A stretch of 64,000 nucleotides of DNA. Source: Lama guanicoe (taxonomy: Eukaryota). Position numbers and translations under genes: made by a program. Of the stretch, positions 22,381 to 36,675 are shown piece after piece. Each line of letters begins with the position of its first letter. Position 1 is the stretch's first letter. A model generated the notes under the pieces. The model did not search any database. It was not told where the DNA came from and saw only the letters and a list, made by a program, of their open reading frames with translations. The stretch covers positions 4,299,957-4,363,956 of the forward strand of contig MU053881.1 of NCBI GenBank assembly GCA_013239625.1, given 5' to 3'.

Positions 22381-23989
22381 GTGCCATCCCACCTTCCCAC
22401 CTCGGTGTCTCAGCAGGCAGATCAGGCAGGGGCTAAAGTCGTCCCTGTGCCTCCAAGTGCACTGAGCCAAAAATACTTCAAGAGTTCACAGGAATTTTCA
22501 CCAATCCCTCCGGGGAAGGACTTCAAGGGGACATACTGCTGTGGTTAGAATGACTGGTTTTAAATATCAAGACCCACTCAAGCGCGCTTAAGGAGAAAGG
22601 AGGGTGAGGGGGTGAGGATCGTTTCCGTAAGGACACACGGATGTATTCTGGAAGCCTGCTCCGACTCTCTCTGCCTCCGTTCCTCTCGTTCCTGTTCCTT
22701 CGTCCTCCTCCTTTTGCCTCCGCACAGTCCTCAATCCTTTGAACATACAGATCGTGGCTGCCTCAGCTCCCGGGTTAGGGGGTCCCTCAGGGCCAGCCCT
22801 TGCAGAGACCGGTTGGCTGAACCCCGATTCCAAATGCAGAGAAAGATTCAGTTCAATATATGCCGAGTACCTACTACGTGCCTGGCGTTATCTCAGGCAC
22901 CTGGAATTCAGCGGTGCACAAAATAGGACAAAAAGAAACAAAACAAAGCAAACTCAAGGTGGGGTAGGGGTCCTTCCCGGTGAGATTCTGATTGGCCTAT
23001 CTTGGGTCAGCTGACCCCTTCCTGTGGCCCAATCAGATGTGCTCACGGGAGGGGTCGCAGGGTACAGCTTTGGTGGCTGGAAGCCCAGAGGAGAGACCGA
23101 GTTAGGAGTAGAATCCAGGGCTTCCGGTTCCCGAAGCCAGCGAGGCCAGGTTTCCACCTACAGCGGGGCTGCTTCTAGCAAGCGGCACCCTTCCCTCCCA
23201 GCAGCTGCCGGCTGCTAGATCTTGTTGGCTTCCTGTCTCAGGACGGCTCCTACCTCCTCCACCTTGTCCGTAGCCTCTTCCACGCCGCATTTGACACACA
23301 TTGTCCTCCTTTTCTGTAGGATGAAGCCAGATCTTATTTTCCTGTTGCGTTTTGTCCATCTCTCCTCCCTAAGGGAAGGCCTTGAATGGAGAAACAAGAT
23401 AGTCTCCCTCTGTCCTGGGGCGGGCGGCCGGTGGAGGGTGATGACAGAGCTGGGCAATGACAGCACACACCGAGGTCGGAGGACTATGTACTGGGGCGCC
23501 CGAACCCCAAGTGGTCTCCTCTGAGGCAGTGACACTGCTCTGTACAGCTGGGCCCGGCTGAACTGGGCCTTGTCAAAGTGCCCTCATCCTTTATTGTCCC
23601 ACGGGCAGGGATGGTGATGACCTGGCCAGTTAGGGTCCTCCCCTGCTTCCTGTTTGAGGGCCACTGTGATCAGCTTTGACAGGGCCAGCTGCTACTTTTC
23701 AGTTGGCTGGGTTCTAAGCCTCCTGCCTTCCTACCATTTTTACAGCCTTTTTTTCCCCCTTTCTTTTTTCTTTTTTCTTTTTTTTTTAACATGAGCTACT
23801 GCGCATTCAGTAATGGAATAGATTACATCAGATCTGCGTTTGCCAGCCTCGGTGCTGAGCTACGCGTCTCACTGCTGCAGCAGAGGATGCCAATCTAGTT
23901 TATACTGGGATGGAGTTCACAGTGCAGAATCCCCCACCCGACCAGGCTTCTGTAGGATCCACGAGTTATGTCAGTAGAGAAGCGTGGTA

Positions 23990-24200
23990 CCGTCCTTTCC
24001 TGGTGGTGAAGAACATGACTGTCTGAGTCAAGGAGATTCCAGGATTCCATGCTGCCAGAGCCACTTAATATGCATGACCCTACGTGTGTAACTTAACCCT
24101 CGGTGCCCCAGTTTCCTCCCATAAAATGGGGTTAATAATGGTTTCCTCGTTGCATCATTGTAAGTTGAAATCGGGATAATGCGTGTAAGATGCTTAACGC
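23990..24200 (+). mobile_element. MIR SINE
   Basis: acttaaccctcggtgccccagtttcctcccataaaatggggttaataat. Confidence 0.75.
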
Positions 24201-25122
24201 ACGATCCTGCGGGGATGGTAATGACCCAACATAGCAGCCATTGTTAATATATTCGTTACACCCCTTCTCCAGCTTCGTCCCCAGCATAATCTCCGTGGCC
24301 TTAGAGGCAGCATGCTGGAACCAGACTTTGGGGTCAGACGGACCTGCAGAGAGCTCTGACGGTCACATACACCTCTGGGTGGTGGTGAGGGTTAAAGAAC
24401 TGCAAGATCATAATAAGCACGTGTAAGGGCTTTACACAGCTAACTCGTCCCAGCCTCACGATAAATCTAAGCGGTAGGGACCATTACTGTGTACATTTTA
24501 CACATGAGGAGACAGGCATGAACAGAGGCCTTGAGTTGCTGTTTCAAGGTCACAAGCTGGTAAATAAATAAGGCAGGAAGTAGGTAGAGTGAGCATGGCT
24601 CGTCACTCTGCCACCCCCACTCTGCCACAGGAGATCAAAACTAAAATGTGAATTATATTTTTCCACATCGCAGGTGTAAAATGACAAGGCGACAAAGCAG
24701 AATGGATGTTTGGGACAATATCTGTGTGAATTGTCAGGGAATAAAGACAAGCCACTGATATGAACAAATTAGTTTATGAGTGCCTGCTGTATACCAGGTG
24801 TTCTCCTGAGGGCTTGGCCCGTGTGACTGCAAATTTTTCCGAAGAACCAGCACGCATGGTAGATAAACAGGCCCCAGCAGATCATGTGAATCCTGTCCAC
24901 ACACACGTTTGAGGTTCCTGAGCTCAGATTAGGCTTGAAAACCACTTTTCCTTAGAGCTGGGAAGAAAAGTGACTGTAGCTGCTCCAAACCAAAGAACAA
25001 ACAGGATGTGCAAAGATTCGGAAGGGCAATTTCGCCGTGGCCAAATTTCCAGCCTCATTTTCCACTGGTCCAGAAAAATATATGCACAGAGCAAAGCAGT
25101 CTCCAGGCTGAGAACTTGGAGG

Positions 25123-25613
25123 TGTCAGTCAGGGCTGGCAGGAAACAGATGGCACGCTCAAATTAGGCAACTGGAGGAGAGATGAATAAAGGAGCTATTT
25201 ACGAAGGTGTGGGGGAACCACAGAGATAGCGCGGTTCCCTGGGGCTGGTAATAGCTGAGTGCTGTCACCTCCCCTAGGCTTGAAAGGAGAGGGGACAGAG
25301 CGGTGACCTGAACCCTGAGACAGAGTGCTGTATGGAGAGGTCCACCTGGCAGTAGCTGTGGCTTTTGGTAGAGGGACTCAGCCAACCGGACAGGGACCCA
25401 GCAGGGCAGAGGCAGGGAAACAAATAACCAACCGCACCTTCCTGCCTCCTTCCAGCCTCCTGTTCAGGCTCCCCATCGTTTGAGCCCAACCAGGAACCAG
25501 AGGGTCAGGGGCTTCATTGATTCAATCCACCAAGATCAGCCTCACTAGGGCAGAGCAGGGTGAAAGAGGGTGGCGTGTGGGTCTGGATGGGCACAGGGAA
25601 GATTTCTGGAACA
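25123..25613 (-). mobile_element. LTR33-like ERVL solo LTR
   Basis: tgtcagtcaggg...caggaaacagatggcacgctcaaa...aataaaggagctatttacgaaggtgtggg...gaagatttctggaaca. Confidence 0.7.
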
Positions 25614-28389
25614 CTCGTTCTCAACTGGAACCACAGAGAGGTTGTTGCCCTCCTGGGACTGGAGACTCAAAAACCAAGAGAAATGAAGGGTCTTAGTGAT
25701 GGCGGCCTGTTCCGGGGATTGTGGAGGTGGATGGCTGGTACATATTTAGATTCATGCAGGCCAGACTGGGAACCTGACCTCACCTCCTGTCCCTCCACAC
25801 TTTGGATGGAGTCTCTTAACCAATTCAAATTGAATCGACTATGGGATCTCATTTTTCTCCATGGCTACATTCTCCAAAAAGCCAAAACGGCCAATGAGGA
25901 CTTTGCAAGCTTAGGAGCACCTCTGACTACAAACCCATTCACATCCTTCAAACCTGGCATAAATTTCGCTTCTGGGATGGCTCTCCTGATGTGTGCATGT
26001 GTGTGTCCCACTGTTTAAACTGCAGACCCCATAATGGCATGTTTTATTCATCTCTGCCCAGTACCTGACACGAGACTGACATACTGTAGGATCCCAATGA
26101 ATATTCGTTAAATCTTTACGTCCCTGAAGTCCTCAGCAGATTCTAATTTAACCGGCATTGATTAAGCCCCTACCACCTTGTCAGCACGGTGTCAGTTCAT
26201 TTTCATATCAATTTTCTAACTTAATATTCCCTACAGCCCCAGTTACTAGCCCCATTTTTCACAAATGAGGAAACTGAGGCTCAGGGAGATAAAAGAGGCA
26301 GAGTCTGGATTTGAACGGAGTTCCGCTTCCCTGATCTAATGCGCTTTCTTCTCCTGATCAGAAGGTGTCCCTTGGTTGGTCACTGAACGCTAACTTCATG
26401 CATATGCACGAGCTGACTGCATGAATGAGCTCAGCGGAGCCACTGTGTGTGTGTGTATGTGCTTTGTGAAGCTCTGAAGATCATTGCTGGTGCTGGCCTG
26501 TTCCCGGTGCTTATCCCAGTGTGATGGCTGCTGCCAACTAAAGCACTCGTGGACCTTCTCCCTGTGTAGTCTCCGGAAACCCACGCTGTAATAGGACTAC
26601 GAGATCGGGTCAGACGGCTGTTGCCCCTGAGCTCGGCTCTAAATTGGATGCAGGAGCCTGGCCCTCCCATAAATGGCTTGCTCCCATGGATTCAAAGCAC
26701 GCGTGCTTCTGACAGTTTCCTCTGTCGAATATTGAAAACATGAAATTGTCAAGTGCCTACCCTTTAGTCATTCTGCAGTGGAGCTGCCAAAATTCTAATT
26801 GGCCAATAAAACCCACCTGTCTCAGAAGAGCCCCCAAACACACCCCCACTTACCAAAGAGAGAGCAGAAGTTAAAAGCTGGTCCTCATTATGCCTATTCC
26901 ATATGCCCTGAACTTGAATCTTTCATAGCCCTCCCCCTAGCCACCCTGAAGATAGAACCATTGATCGTTAGCTGTATTTTATAGGTGACGGGCCTGAGGC
27001 TTCGAGTGGTGGGGCGTGTGTCCAAAGTCACGCAGCTGGGAGGTGGCAGAGGGGGACTCGGGGCAGACCTGGACTTGTGGCTCTTTCCCGTGGACAAGGC
27101 CAGCCCGAGGGAGTTTTCTGCTGCTTCTAAACCTGCTGGCCTCAATCATAGGTACCATCACCTCCATCCCTGCTTATTACCTTCTGCCCTATTTTACTGA
27201 GGATTCAGGGCAGATTTGAATCTGGCCTAGAAAAACATCTTCCTGACCCGTCACAGAGAGAGAGAGAGAAAAAAGAATGTGTTTCTAGGCTGTTCTTTAG
27301 AACCTAAGGCATTGCCATGACAATGCCTGCTAGTCCACAGGAACTTCAAGTGCCTCTTCCTATGGCCCTTGACACAGTCTGCCTTGATTTCTGCCCTCTC
27401 TCTCCTTCTAGGCAGAGAGCTCTTCCAGGGCAACGTCTGCATCTGGCCCTTCTGCCTCCTCCCACACCCAAAGTCTCAGCGTCCCCCCACATTCACCGAG
27501 CACGAGTCTGCACGCCACGTTCCATGCCAGACAGTGTCATGCTGCAACCGGCTTTGCTATTGGTGGCAACCCCTGTGGAACAGAGGGTACAATTAACCCA
27601 TTTCACAGGTGAGGCTATTGAGGTTGGGAGAGAGGAGAGAGCTCGCCCAAGGCCACAGAGCTAGTAAAGGGCAGAGCTGGGGAGTTGAGCACTGGCTATT
27701 CAGCCTCGTTATCGGTGCTCTTTCTGCAACACCACAGCAGCCGAGCAAGGGCTCCGTAAACTCGGGGCGAATGACGAAGGAGGCAAGGGAGGAGAAGAAG
27801 GAGGAATAAGGAAAATAGTTGAAGACAGCAAAATAGACAGAAATCATAGAATATATCAAAGCAGTAAATGGATGGAAGATAAATGGGTCTAGGATCGAAC
27901 TTCCTTTCTTCTAAGGCCACGAACAGACAGGCACTTGCCCAAGATCAGAGAAAAGAAAACACAGAAGCAGCTGGAATTTGAGCTTCTGAGCGAATCTTTC
28001 ACTGGGGTTGGACATGCTCAGGAGATCTCCCCTCACAGCATCAGGATGTGTTTCAAAGCTCTGTGTTCAAACGGTAAGTCTTTTCAATGAACTTGAGCAA
28101 TTTATTAATACAATATACATATACATACCCGTGCAGGGAAGTTAGAGGGCTCGGCCCTTGGCGTTCCATGACCAAGGATCAAATTCCAGGTCTATCCTTT
28201 CCTTGCTGCCCAGCCTTTGATAAAACCTCTCCTGTCTCTTAGCCTCAGTTTTCTCATCTGTAAAATAGACATGACAAGATTCTTCAGTTGACAGGGGGGT
28301 TAATGAATCAAAATTAAGTAAAGTAGTCACTATAAGCCCACAACAGGGGTTTAGTTTCATGTTTCCCACATCGTCTAGCGAATGAATTC

Positions 28390-28815
28390 ATTTTTCTTCC
28401 ATTTTTTCAATTGAAGTATAGTTAATTTACAATGCTGTATTAGTTTCTGGCACACAGCACAGTGATTCAGTTGTACATATATGTATATATACATACTCTT
28501 TTTCATGTCCTTTTTCATTGCAGGTTAGTACAAGCCATTGAATATAGTTCCCTGGGCTTATTGTTTACCTGTTTTATATATAGTAATGTTTATCTGTTAA
28601 TCCCAAATTCCAAATTTATCCCTTCCGCTCCTTTTCCCCTTTGGTAACCGTAAGTTTACTTTCTATGTCTGTGAGTCTATTTCTGCTTTGTAAATAAGTT
28701 CGTGTGTGTCCTTTTTTTAGATGCCACATATAAGTGATACCGTATGTTTGTCTTTCTCCGGCTGACTTACTTCGCTTGGCATGATAACCTCCGGGTCCAT
28801 CCACATTGCTGCTGA
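28390..28815 (-). mobile_element. L1 3' end, 5'-truncated
   Basis: ttgaagtatagttaatttacaatg...ctatgtctgtgagtctatttctg...ggtccatccacattgctgc. Confidence 0.85.
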
Positions 28816-28914
28816 TGACACTGTTTCACTAGTGGATTCATTCTGAACGAGGAAAGACAAAGGAGGCACCCTGCAGCCAGCTCCAGCTCCCCACCTGGGT
28901 GAGCACATGGAGAC

Positions 28915-29150
28915 AGTTCAGAGCAGTGGGAGTTTCCAGGGACTCTCGAGCCAGACTGTTGGGGTTTAAGCCTGACTTGGCCATCTCCAAGCCGGGTGAC
29001 CTGGGGCAACTTACCTAACCCCCTTTGGCCTCAGTTTCTTCACCTGTAAAGTGGGAATAATTACAGCACTTCCCTCTTAGAGTTCTTTTAGAAGCATGTG
29101 GTCCCTTGGAACCCAGCCTGGCACACAGCAACTGTTCAGAAAATGTTAGT
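28915..29150 (+). mobile_element. MIR SINE
   Basis: gtgacctggggcaacttacctaacc...gcctcagtttcttcacctgtaaagtgggaataat. Confidence 0.8.
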
Positions 29151-29689
29151 TATTACAGTATTGTCATGACGATGATTATTATGCACTGAGTGTTTTTCTT
29201 GTGGCTACATTTCAACTGTTGCCCTGCCCCCTCCCCCACTCCCCCCGTACTCCAGCTGTGGAGCTGGGGGACCAGGATCTGCAGGGCAGAGAGGCATTAC
29301 TTCAGCGAGGAGAGAGCCTCGTCATCTTTCAGTGATGTCAGGAGGGCTCCTTATCGATAATGGAACAGTTTTTCCAGGAACCCAATCTAGAGAGTGCAGT
29401 GCCCTGGCTGCATCAGGGTCTGGTTGGCTGGGGCTCCTGGAAGGCCCAGGGTACAGTGGGGATGGTTATCTGCCTGCCTGTGCTGTGGGCGGAGGGGTCC
29501 GGTTGCTGCTGGAAGGGCTCCCGTTGCTGGGTGGGACTCGAGACTTCAAGCCTCCCCGCAGGGCCCTTGATCTTTCCCCAGGCCCTGCCCTCACAGTCCT
29601 GTTCTAACAGCCCCAAAATAGAAGCCCCTGTTCTGCACCTGGTATGCTTGAGGCCAGACATTCTGAACACCCCCCTCCCTCGCTGCTCA

Positions 29690-30465
29690 CTTTCAAGCCA
29701 TCCATAAGTACTGATCATTTTGCTTTTTAAGCATGACCCAAATCTAGCTCCTTCTTCCATTCTCATTACCACCACCCTAGTCTGGACGTGCTGGAACTGC
29801 CACAGCAGCATCTCACTGGCTTCCCTGATCCCCACCTGCCACCCCTACCCCCACCCCCAGCACACATGCGCACATACACACACATACAGCAGCAGCAGCA
29901 GCCAAAAGTAATCTTTCTAAAATGCAAATCTGGCCACATCACCTCCATGCCTAAAACTGTCAATGTCTCTGTGTCGTCCGTAGGAAAATATTCAGCCCCT
30001 CCACGCATCCTCAAGCGGCTAGCCGGAGTCCAACTTCACCCCGAGTTTACTTCTAGTCTTCATCCGTGACCTTCCAGCCACCCTCGTATCAGTCCCTGTC
30101 ACAGAGCCTTCGCACCTCCAGGCCCTCCCTCGCCTGTTCTCTCTTCCGTGTCTGCCTCCTGCTTACCACGCAGTTCTCAGATAACGTCACCTCCTCAGAG
30201 AAGCCCTCCCTGACCTCCTGCCTAAAGCAGCGACCCCTCACCCTCACCCCTTCTCCCCTCCACAGCCCCTGCATATTTCCACCATGAGACTCATCCCAAC
30301 CACATTGATTCTGCCAACTTACCAGCCTCCTTGTTTAGAGTCTCTCTTCCCCCCTGGAAGGTGAGCCCAAGAAACACAGACCCCGTCTGTCTTGCCCACA
30401 GCAGCACCCTCAGGGCCTCCAGTAGCTCCTGGTCCCTGGCAAGTGCACAGCAAGTATTTATCAGG
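29690..30465 (+). mobile_element. L2 LINE 3' region
   Basis: ccaccaccctagtc...aaatgcaaatctggccacatcacctcc...gtcacctcctcagagaagccctccctgac. Confidence 0.75.
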
Positions 30466-33400
30466 TGGGTGTGTGGAAGCTACGAGGTTGTGTAGTATTG
30501 TAGGATGAGGTCTGGACTCGGAGTCTAGAGCCCTGGGTTTGAGTCCCAGCTCTGTGACCTGCTCTCCGTGTGTGATTAAGTCTGTCATCGGACCTCTCGG
30601 AAGCGGCAGTGGAATCAGGAGACCTGGGGTCTAGCCTGAGATCTGCCGCTGGCTGGCTGTGTGTGATTGGACAGCTCATCTCCTCTTTTTGAACCTCCTT
30701 TTCCTCATCTGTCAAAGGGGATTGTACTGTCTACCTCACAGGAGACTTGTTAAGATTCCTCAAAGTGGTGTGTGTGGAATCTGTGCGTGTAGACAGACTG
30801 GCACATTCCGGGGGTGATGGGAGGGGAGCCTAGGACCTGTTGAATCCTATGGGTATTCTGTATTGAGCAGGGCAGACAGATACCATGTTCATCCCCACAC
30901 AGCCAGAGGGGTGGAAAGCAATCAACCAGCCCAAATCCTATTAGATGGCATCCACTTCAAAGAAGCCAAGTCAAAGCATCAATACCTAGACTGTGTGCTT
31001 CAGGAGGAAGAGCTCCCTCCCCACTTCACCAAGTTTCCCTTTGGGAATGGGCTGCCAGGGAGCTCAGAGAGACCTGAGACCCTCAACCACAGGCTTTTCT
31101 CCTACAGTGTGAATGCCCATTGTGCAAACTGGCTATAATCCAATGGATTATTTACGGTGTACAGTTTGCCTTACAGGGTCCCCCAAGGGAACCACAAGGG
31201 TGATTGATGAAAGGCTTTGAAGTTGTAACATTTGCTTTGAGAGACTTCGTCATAACACCGACTGGAAAAGACGATGGAGAGGATAAGAAAATACCTAAGA
31301 TGTTTTGCCCCAGTGTCAGAACCGGTGGCCATAAAGGGAGTGGCACGTGGTCCAGCACCACGGGAGCTGCTGACTTAGGTTTCAGGGCTGTGAACTCCCA
31401 GCTACAGAAACACTTTTACTGCTGGGACTCCTGGAGGAACAATTATTTTTGCTACTGTAACATTAAAGCTCTCTAGCCCAAACCCCCTTATTTTTTTCTC
31501 CTATCGAATTGATTTTATAACCATGACCCAGAACTCAGGGTCATGCTGGCATTAAAGCCAGAAATGGGCCACCAGTGCTTAGAAGATCTACTGCCACCTG
31601 CCTGCCCGAGTATTGATCTTTTTTCCATCTTTGGAAAAACAATGTGGGTAAGGCACTTAACTCGGTACCTGGTATAGAGTAAGCACCCTGTAAACATTTG
31701 CTGTTTATTATTCTTACTCCTGCTTTATTAACAGGAGTCTATATAAACACACTCTGTGATGAACAGCCTCCGATCTTTTTTGGGGGGAATAGGGTAAATG
31801 GGAAAGAAATTCTGAGTCTGGGGTATGTTTTAAGTGTCTGGATGGAGTAAATTTGTGTCAGGTGACCCTATATCCATGAAGTGATGCCTGGCTATGTCTT
31901 AAAGCTAATCTGGATAAGAAGCCTTGGATTGGACAGGAGGAGGAAATTTGCATAAAGTAACCACCTACCAGGTACCTCCAAGTACCTTATCACATGTAAG
32001 CGTCATGGCAACCTTGGGAGGTGTGCCTTACTTTCCCCAACTTACAGCTAGAGAAACGAGTACAACTTAGTAACTCACCAGGGAAATAGCACTAGAAAGG
32101 GACCAGGCTGGATTTGAACCCAGATCTTTATGACTCTAAAGACTGCAGTCCTCCACCATCCCGTATTGGTTCTCAGGTCACAGGTACTTCCTTAGGAGTC
32201 TGCAGCGAATGTGAGCTTGCAAAGTTTGCATTTGTTTAAAAAGTGGCATCCGAAGCTGCGATTAATTGTTCGTGTTCCTTCCCTCTGTTGCAGCCTGCCC
32301 CGCTCCAGACCTCCGACTTCTCTTAGCTGATCAGACCTCTCATCTGTAACTCAATCCACAGTCCTAGCAGAAGCCCGTCAAAATAAGTTATCTGCTGCTT
32401 AAATATTTCATGGTGGCTTGGATGGAGGTGGAGAACAGATCCCTCTGTTCTGGTGGGGGTTGGAGGAGGGAACAGGCGAGGCAGCTAATGGACCAGCCGC
32501 AGGCACCAGATGTCTGGGATCTGGGAGAGATGGCCCGTCAGACGAGGATGCTTTAGTTAAGCGTCCTTTAAGGACAAGGATGCGTGTTTATAAGAGGTCA
32601 AATTTTAAAACGCCTGATTTAGATGGGCCTTTGAACCTGGCCTTAAAGAAGCAGCTAATTTGGTGTTTTTATCAGCCTTATATCAGCCCTTGCGTTATCT
32701 TCTAAGAAACACACACATACAACCAAGAAGCTGGCTGAGCACCCCAATCTTCAGATGGGTAAATTGAGGCTCGTAGAATTTAAAGATGACTCTGGAGGTA
32801 ATGGCAACTCTGGGGATCTGACCCCAGTTTTCTCCATCTCCATCTAAGAGAAGTAACAGGTTATTGAAAAGATCTTGGAGTCCGAAAAGAGAGGGCACCA
32901 AGGTTCTCGTCCATGTCTTCCACTCACTGCCTGTGGCCAGATCACTTCCGTGGTCTGAGCTGCAGTTTCCTTCTTACTGAGGAATTCTTGGGATCCATGG
33001 TGCCATTGCCAATGTGACATGACGTTTCTTTTCCTCAGCAGCAGATGAGGTGGAGGGCTCCCGGCAGAGGAGGTGGTGGACCAGAGGCATGATAAAGCCA
33101 TTCCAATCCTGTGCCCGGGATCTCAGCCTAGGGAACCATCAATCTTGGGCAGAGAAACGAACTGCAGACCAGAAAGCAGCTTATATGATGGTTGTCCGTT
33201 TCTTAAGAGTCCAAGGGCAATGGGAGAATGCTGCTGATGAGGGGGAAACGCCAGGGAGGTTGCCTGTGCTGCTAGGGAAACAAGGAACCTGAATCTGAAA
33301 AGAGAGAGAAGAAGCGTTCTGAAATGGGGTGTCTAGCAAGGTGGGAGGTGCTTCGGTTTAGAATGCCAGCTCTCCACTTCTCCTTTGTCTGGAAACGGTT

Positions 33401-33699
33401 TCCTGAGTGCCTACGACATGCCAGGCACTGAGCTGCGTCCTGGAAAGTGGGATAAATAGCCCTCATGGGGCCTTGCGTTCCAGCATGGAGGAGGAGGGTG
33501 CTGCCCCTACACAGGAGAAGTTTAATAAGTGAGTCCCGAGGGGTCTACAGGAGACAGAACGAGATGGAGCGGAGTGAGCGGCAAGAGGCACGTCCAACAG
33601 GGAATTAACCGGGAGTAACCCAGGAGGTGGACTGAAGGGTGAAGTCGGGGGGCCAGCCAGAGGGAGAGGGTCAGACAAGCAGAAAAGCTTTAAGGTTAT

Positions 33700-34130
33700 T
33701 CCTACATTTTCAGCAGAAAGTAACAGAAAAACCCAGCTCAAGGTGGCTTAAATGATAAGGAAGTTTCTGGTGTCCCTGACTGCACGTTCTCAAGTACGAG
33801 GGTGAAAAGCGGGGGACACAGCTGTGTTCAACCACGTCATTAGAATGTGGAGTCTTCCAGGGGTCACTGCCAGTCCCAGCATCCCAAGGCTGCACCACCC
33901 CCCCTTATGGTCCTAGAACGGCTGCCTGTAGTTCCAGGCATATTTCAGATCTGTGTCTAAGGGAAGGAAGAAAACTTCTCTTGTGTCATTTTTAAAAGAG
34001 AAAGCTTCTCCAGGCGCCCTCTCCCCCTGCCCACCAAGTATATTTTTTCTTAAACGAGAACTGACTCGCAAGCCCCGCCCCCAAGCCAATCCCAAGTCAG
34101 AGAAATGGCACCAGCCATGACTAGATTGGG
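33700..34130 (-). mobile_element. MLT1 (J/K-like) solo LTR
   Basis: gaaagtaacagaaaaacccagctcaaggtggcttaaa...ggctgcctgtagttccaggcat. Confidence 0.6.
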
Positions 34131-34421
34131 CATCTAATTGCAGTGGGGTAGGGTGGACCCCTCTACCCTCCCTGGGTGGACAGATTTATCCAAACCAGGG
34201 TTCTGTTAGCCCGGAGAGAGGGAGAGAGAGTGTTAACAAGACAAAGTATAAATAAGAACAAACTGATGGTGAGAGGTGGGAAGAGAGCATAAATGTACAA
34301 GAAGGTGTCCTGGGAGGAGGGGAAGTCAGGGAGACGGGCGGGAGACCCCTGATTCGCTTGGGAACAGGCTGTTTGTTACTCATCCGTGAGAAATGAAGAT
34401 GATAACGATATGTGTCATAAA

Positions 34422-34611
34422 AAACAAGGACCCACCGTCTAGCACAGGGAACCATATCCAGTTTTTTGCAATAACATATAATGGAAAAGAATCTGAAAAG
34501 AAAAAACACGTATGTATGTGCATGTATAACTGAATCACTTTGCTGTACACCTGAAACTAACATTGTAAGTCAACTACACTTCATTAAAAAAATTTTAAAA
34601 ATAAATAATAG
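34422..34611 (+). mobile_element. Short L1 3' end with polyA tail and TSD
   Basis: caaggacccaccgtctagcacagggaac...gtataactgaatcactttgctgtacacctgaaactaac; gtcataaa repeated at 34414-34421 and 34612-34619. Confidence 0.85.
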
Positions 34612-34619
34612 GTCATAAA

Positions 34620-34784
34620 GGCACCAGCAATTATAAAGCACACCGTTATTTTATGAACCAGTAAGAAAGAATAACCACTGTCAAACTATGACATGCCATT
34701 CATTGTAAATTATGCTCTGATTTCTCAGATGTTAAAATGTGAAAACAAAAAATATGTATGAGTTCAAGTCATTGAAATATGGTA
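34620..34784. mobile_element. TcMar-Tigger fragment (Tigger12-like end)
   Basis: tttctcagatgttaaaatgtgaaaa...attgaaatatggta terminal motif. Confidence 0.5.
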
Positions 34785-36189
34785 GCGATCTCCGGGGCAG
34801 AGGCAGAACTGGAATTTAAGTCCAGGTCCTCTGTTTCTTGTCCCATGTTGTCGTTTGATTTCTGTTTTTCTTCCAGTATGGGGATGAAGCTTCTTCGGGG
34901 GCTGTTATGGCCAGACCTTAAAAGTAGGGCTGACGTGTTTGACGCCTGATGGGATGGGAAACATACATGGCATAGAGTGAAAGCGACATGAGTTTGAGTT
35001 CCTCTTGGGCCACTCAGCTGTGACGGGAGCTTGGACAAGACCCCTGTCCTCCCTGGGCCTCTTTCCTCTTCTGCCTCTCGTGGGCACTGCGAGGATTCAC
35101 AGAAGCACTGTGCAGGAGCCTTTCCGCCCATCACCCAGCACATCTGCAGGTGCCTGATCAATTCCCTTCCTTTCTCTCTTGCGACTGGGTAAAGATTCAA
35201 ACATAGTTCCCCAGAGATAGAACGAGCCTTTGCTCTCAACTCCCCTTCAGGCCCACTGGCCCTGATGTTGCATTTTACCTGGGAGTCCGCGGTGCCTGGA
35301 AAGGGACATCACCTTGGACTTGGACTCCTTGGGACTGTGGCCGAATCAGCTCTGTCCAACCTACCACGTGCCCCCATGCACTTGCTATTTCAGTCACAGT
35401 CACTCAGTGCTTCCAACTAAACCTCTTGAGGCTACAAGGTACCAAATGTTTTCAATTAATTGGCTTCTATTTTCCTTCCCGTACGTGTGCCTCAGTGCCT
35501 TTTTAGGGCAAGATTGACTAGAGGAATCCTTCCTGAATTCTGGCAGCCCTGATTCAACTTGGAGTTAATTATCTCTAATATGCTGTACAATTCCCTCTGT
35601 ACTTTTTGTGACATGGGGTGGAGGCATAATTTATCCAAGTCTATCATTTGAGACTATCTTTTTTTTTTAACAGGAAGAAAATTATTATGTGTGTGCCTTA
35701 TAAAAAGATTCATTCTGTCCGTCATTGTTTATTTACGAGATGTGTATGGAGGACACTCCTCTGTGCCAGGCATTGCACTGCATCCCTTATAATTCATTAT
35801 CAGGTTAGCTACTCACAAGCCTGCCAGGTCAGTGGTCTCATCCCCATTTGGCAGAGGGAAAAACTAAGTTCAGAATGAAGTGGGAGGTTGAAGTCTTTGG
35901 TTCCCACTTGTTGGCATAGTTATCCCCGTTTTACTGATGAGCAAACTAAGATTCCAAAAGACTAAGTGTCATTGGAGAGACAAGGTCCGACCCCAGGTCT
36001 GGCGGGCTCACTTCAGGATGGGGAACTGCCTTCTCATTTATTCCGAGAGGACAATTGATCTGTTTTATGGTCAGCGATTGCAAAATTAATATATACATAA
36101 ATGATTGAATTGATTGATCAATTCTCAACAAATATTTATTAAGAACCTATTATGGATCCTCTTCTGTGTCGACGATTTAGGAGGGGGGG

Positions 36190-36675
36190 GTGCCTTCAAA
36201 GACGGCTGCACATTTTTTGCCTCTACTCCCGTGAAGAGTCCATTTTAAATCCAGACTGACCTGTGCCTTGGTTGGACTAATACAAGTCAGCCAAAGTGAT
36301 GCTGTGTAACTCATGAGGCTGGGCTTTAGGAGATTTGCAGCTTCCACTTTCACACCTTTTAAAATACTTCCTTTTGGGATCCAGCTGCCCATGCCACAGG
36401 GAGACACCACATAGAGAACAGAGAAGCCTGGTTGACAGCCCCAGCTGAGCTCCCAGCTGACAGCCAGGACCAAAGACCAACCGTGAGATGGAGCTGACTC
36501 AGCCGAGTGGAGCCTCTAGATGAAAGTAGCCCCTGCCAACATCATGTGGAGCAGAAAAACTGCTCAGCAGAGCCCAGTCAACCCACAGAGCCCTGAGAGA
36601 TCATCTACAGTTATGACTGTTTTAAGCTACTAAGTTTTGGAATGTTTTGTTATGCAGCATCAAATGACTAAGACA
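36190..36675 (+). mobile_element. MLT1 (F/H-like) solo LTR
   Basis: cccagctgagctcccagctgacagccag...tgttttaagctactaagttttggaatgttttgttatgcagca...agaca. Confidence 0.8.
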
